From Octopus bimaculoides (lineage: Eukaryota), in assembly GCF_001194135.2 (NCBI RefSeq), contig NC_068998.1, forward strand, positions 2,830,939 through 2,894,938: a stretch of 64,000 nt of DNA, given 5' to 3'. Positions 63,161 to 64,000 of this stretch are shown here, in pieces. Each line of letters starts with the position of its first letter. The stretch's first letter is position 1. Made by a program: the position numbers and the translations under genes. The notes under the pieces were generated by a model, which saw only the letters and a program-made list of their open reading frames with translations, ran no database searches and was not told where the DNA came from.

Positions 63161-64000
63161 TTTGGATTGGAGTTAATTTAACATCAAACTGAATTCTGGG
63201 TAAACGGTTGTGTTCTTGGAATTTTGGACATCAACCAATCCCCTTTCTGTGTTTGGATGTGGCGCCTGAAGGGTGTTGGACTGATGATTGTAAGATTGTG
63301 GTTTCAATTCCTGGCCTGGGCAATACCTGGTGTTCTTGAGCAACACACTTCACTTCACATTCCTCCAGTCCACTCAGCTGGCGAAATGTGTTTTCCTGCA
63401 ATCGATTGGCATCCCATCCAGTGGGGTAACATTTGCACCAGAGAATCTGAGAAACCGGCCCCTATGACTCAGGAAGGAGCTGTATCCTTTTAATAAACAG
63501 GTCGTCCACTGAGTCTCATTATTGAAACCAACACAAGTTCATTTACTTAATTAATCTTTAGTGATCAGATCTTTCTACATGTGTTAATAAACAGGATTAC
63601 AATCTGGTGTTGAGTTGATACAGATCGAATGAACCCAAAATCTGGAATTTAAACAGAAAAAAATATTTACTCTTACCAGTAACAACTAAATGTTGTTGTT
63701 ACTACACACGACAAAGAAAAGATGTTTACACCAAAATAGTTTGAAGTTTATACGGGCTGTTGTTGGATCAGGTTTAATAGTAGTTCCTGTTGTGTGTTAC
63801 TTTGAGTCAGCTGGTGCCTTCTTTGTCATCTACCACTGTCTGGTTGCTATGGAGAGTTTTCTGCTACTGTCTGCTCTAGATTCCACTGGCTGGTGGCTAA
63901 CAAAAATGTTCTGAATATATAGTCTGTCTTTTTCAGAAAGATTAGATCCGGTTTGAGTAGAAATTTAAGTGGTTAAGTGGTTTGATGGTAACAGCATTAT

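Noticed and set aside
189-64000. Dozens of 60-230 aa ORFs such as [23 protein letters not shown]
   Set aside because: Translations of (TA)n, (CA)n, (GA)n and trinucleotide microsatellites, with no splice or domain support.

Overview
AT-rich, microsatellite- and SINE-dense eukaryotic DNA with about 16 N-gaps, mostly flanked by (TA)n. The repeat landscape points to a coleoid cephalopod, probably Octopus (inferred from repeat families, not proven). The one confidently identified gene is a 5-coding-exon Tctex1-family dynein light chain, TCTEX1D2/DYNLT2B (+ strand, 42653-62479, 119 aa). It has a 17 kb first intron, tandem RFX X-box and forkhead motifs upstream, and an intron in its 3' UTR. Also present are a GC-rich coding exon of an unidentified minus-strand gene (2482-2872) and a candidate small spliced orphan gene on the + strand (about 6318-19990). 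An E2F/CCAAT promoter-like region with a spliced non-coding exon lies near 36.5-37.5 kb. Mobile DNA comprises many tRNA-derived SINEs of three types, RTE and CR1 LINE remnants, several MITEs/foldback elements, and two degenerate Penelope-type hammerhead motifs. Almost all ORFs in the supplied track are microsatellite or N-gap artefacts.
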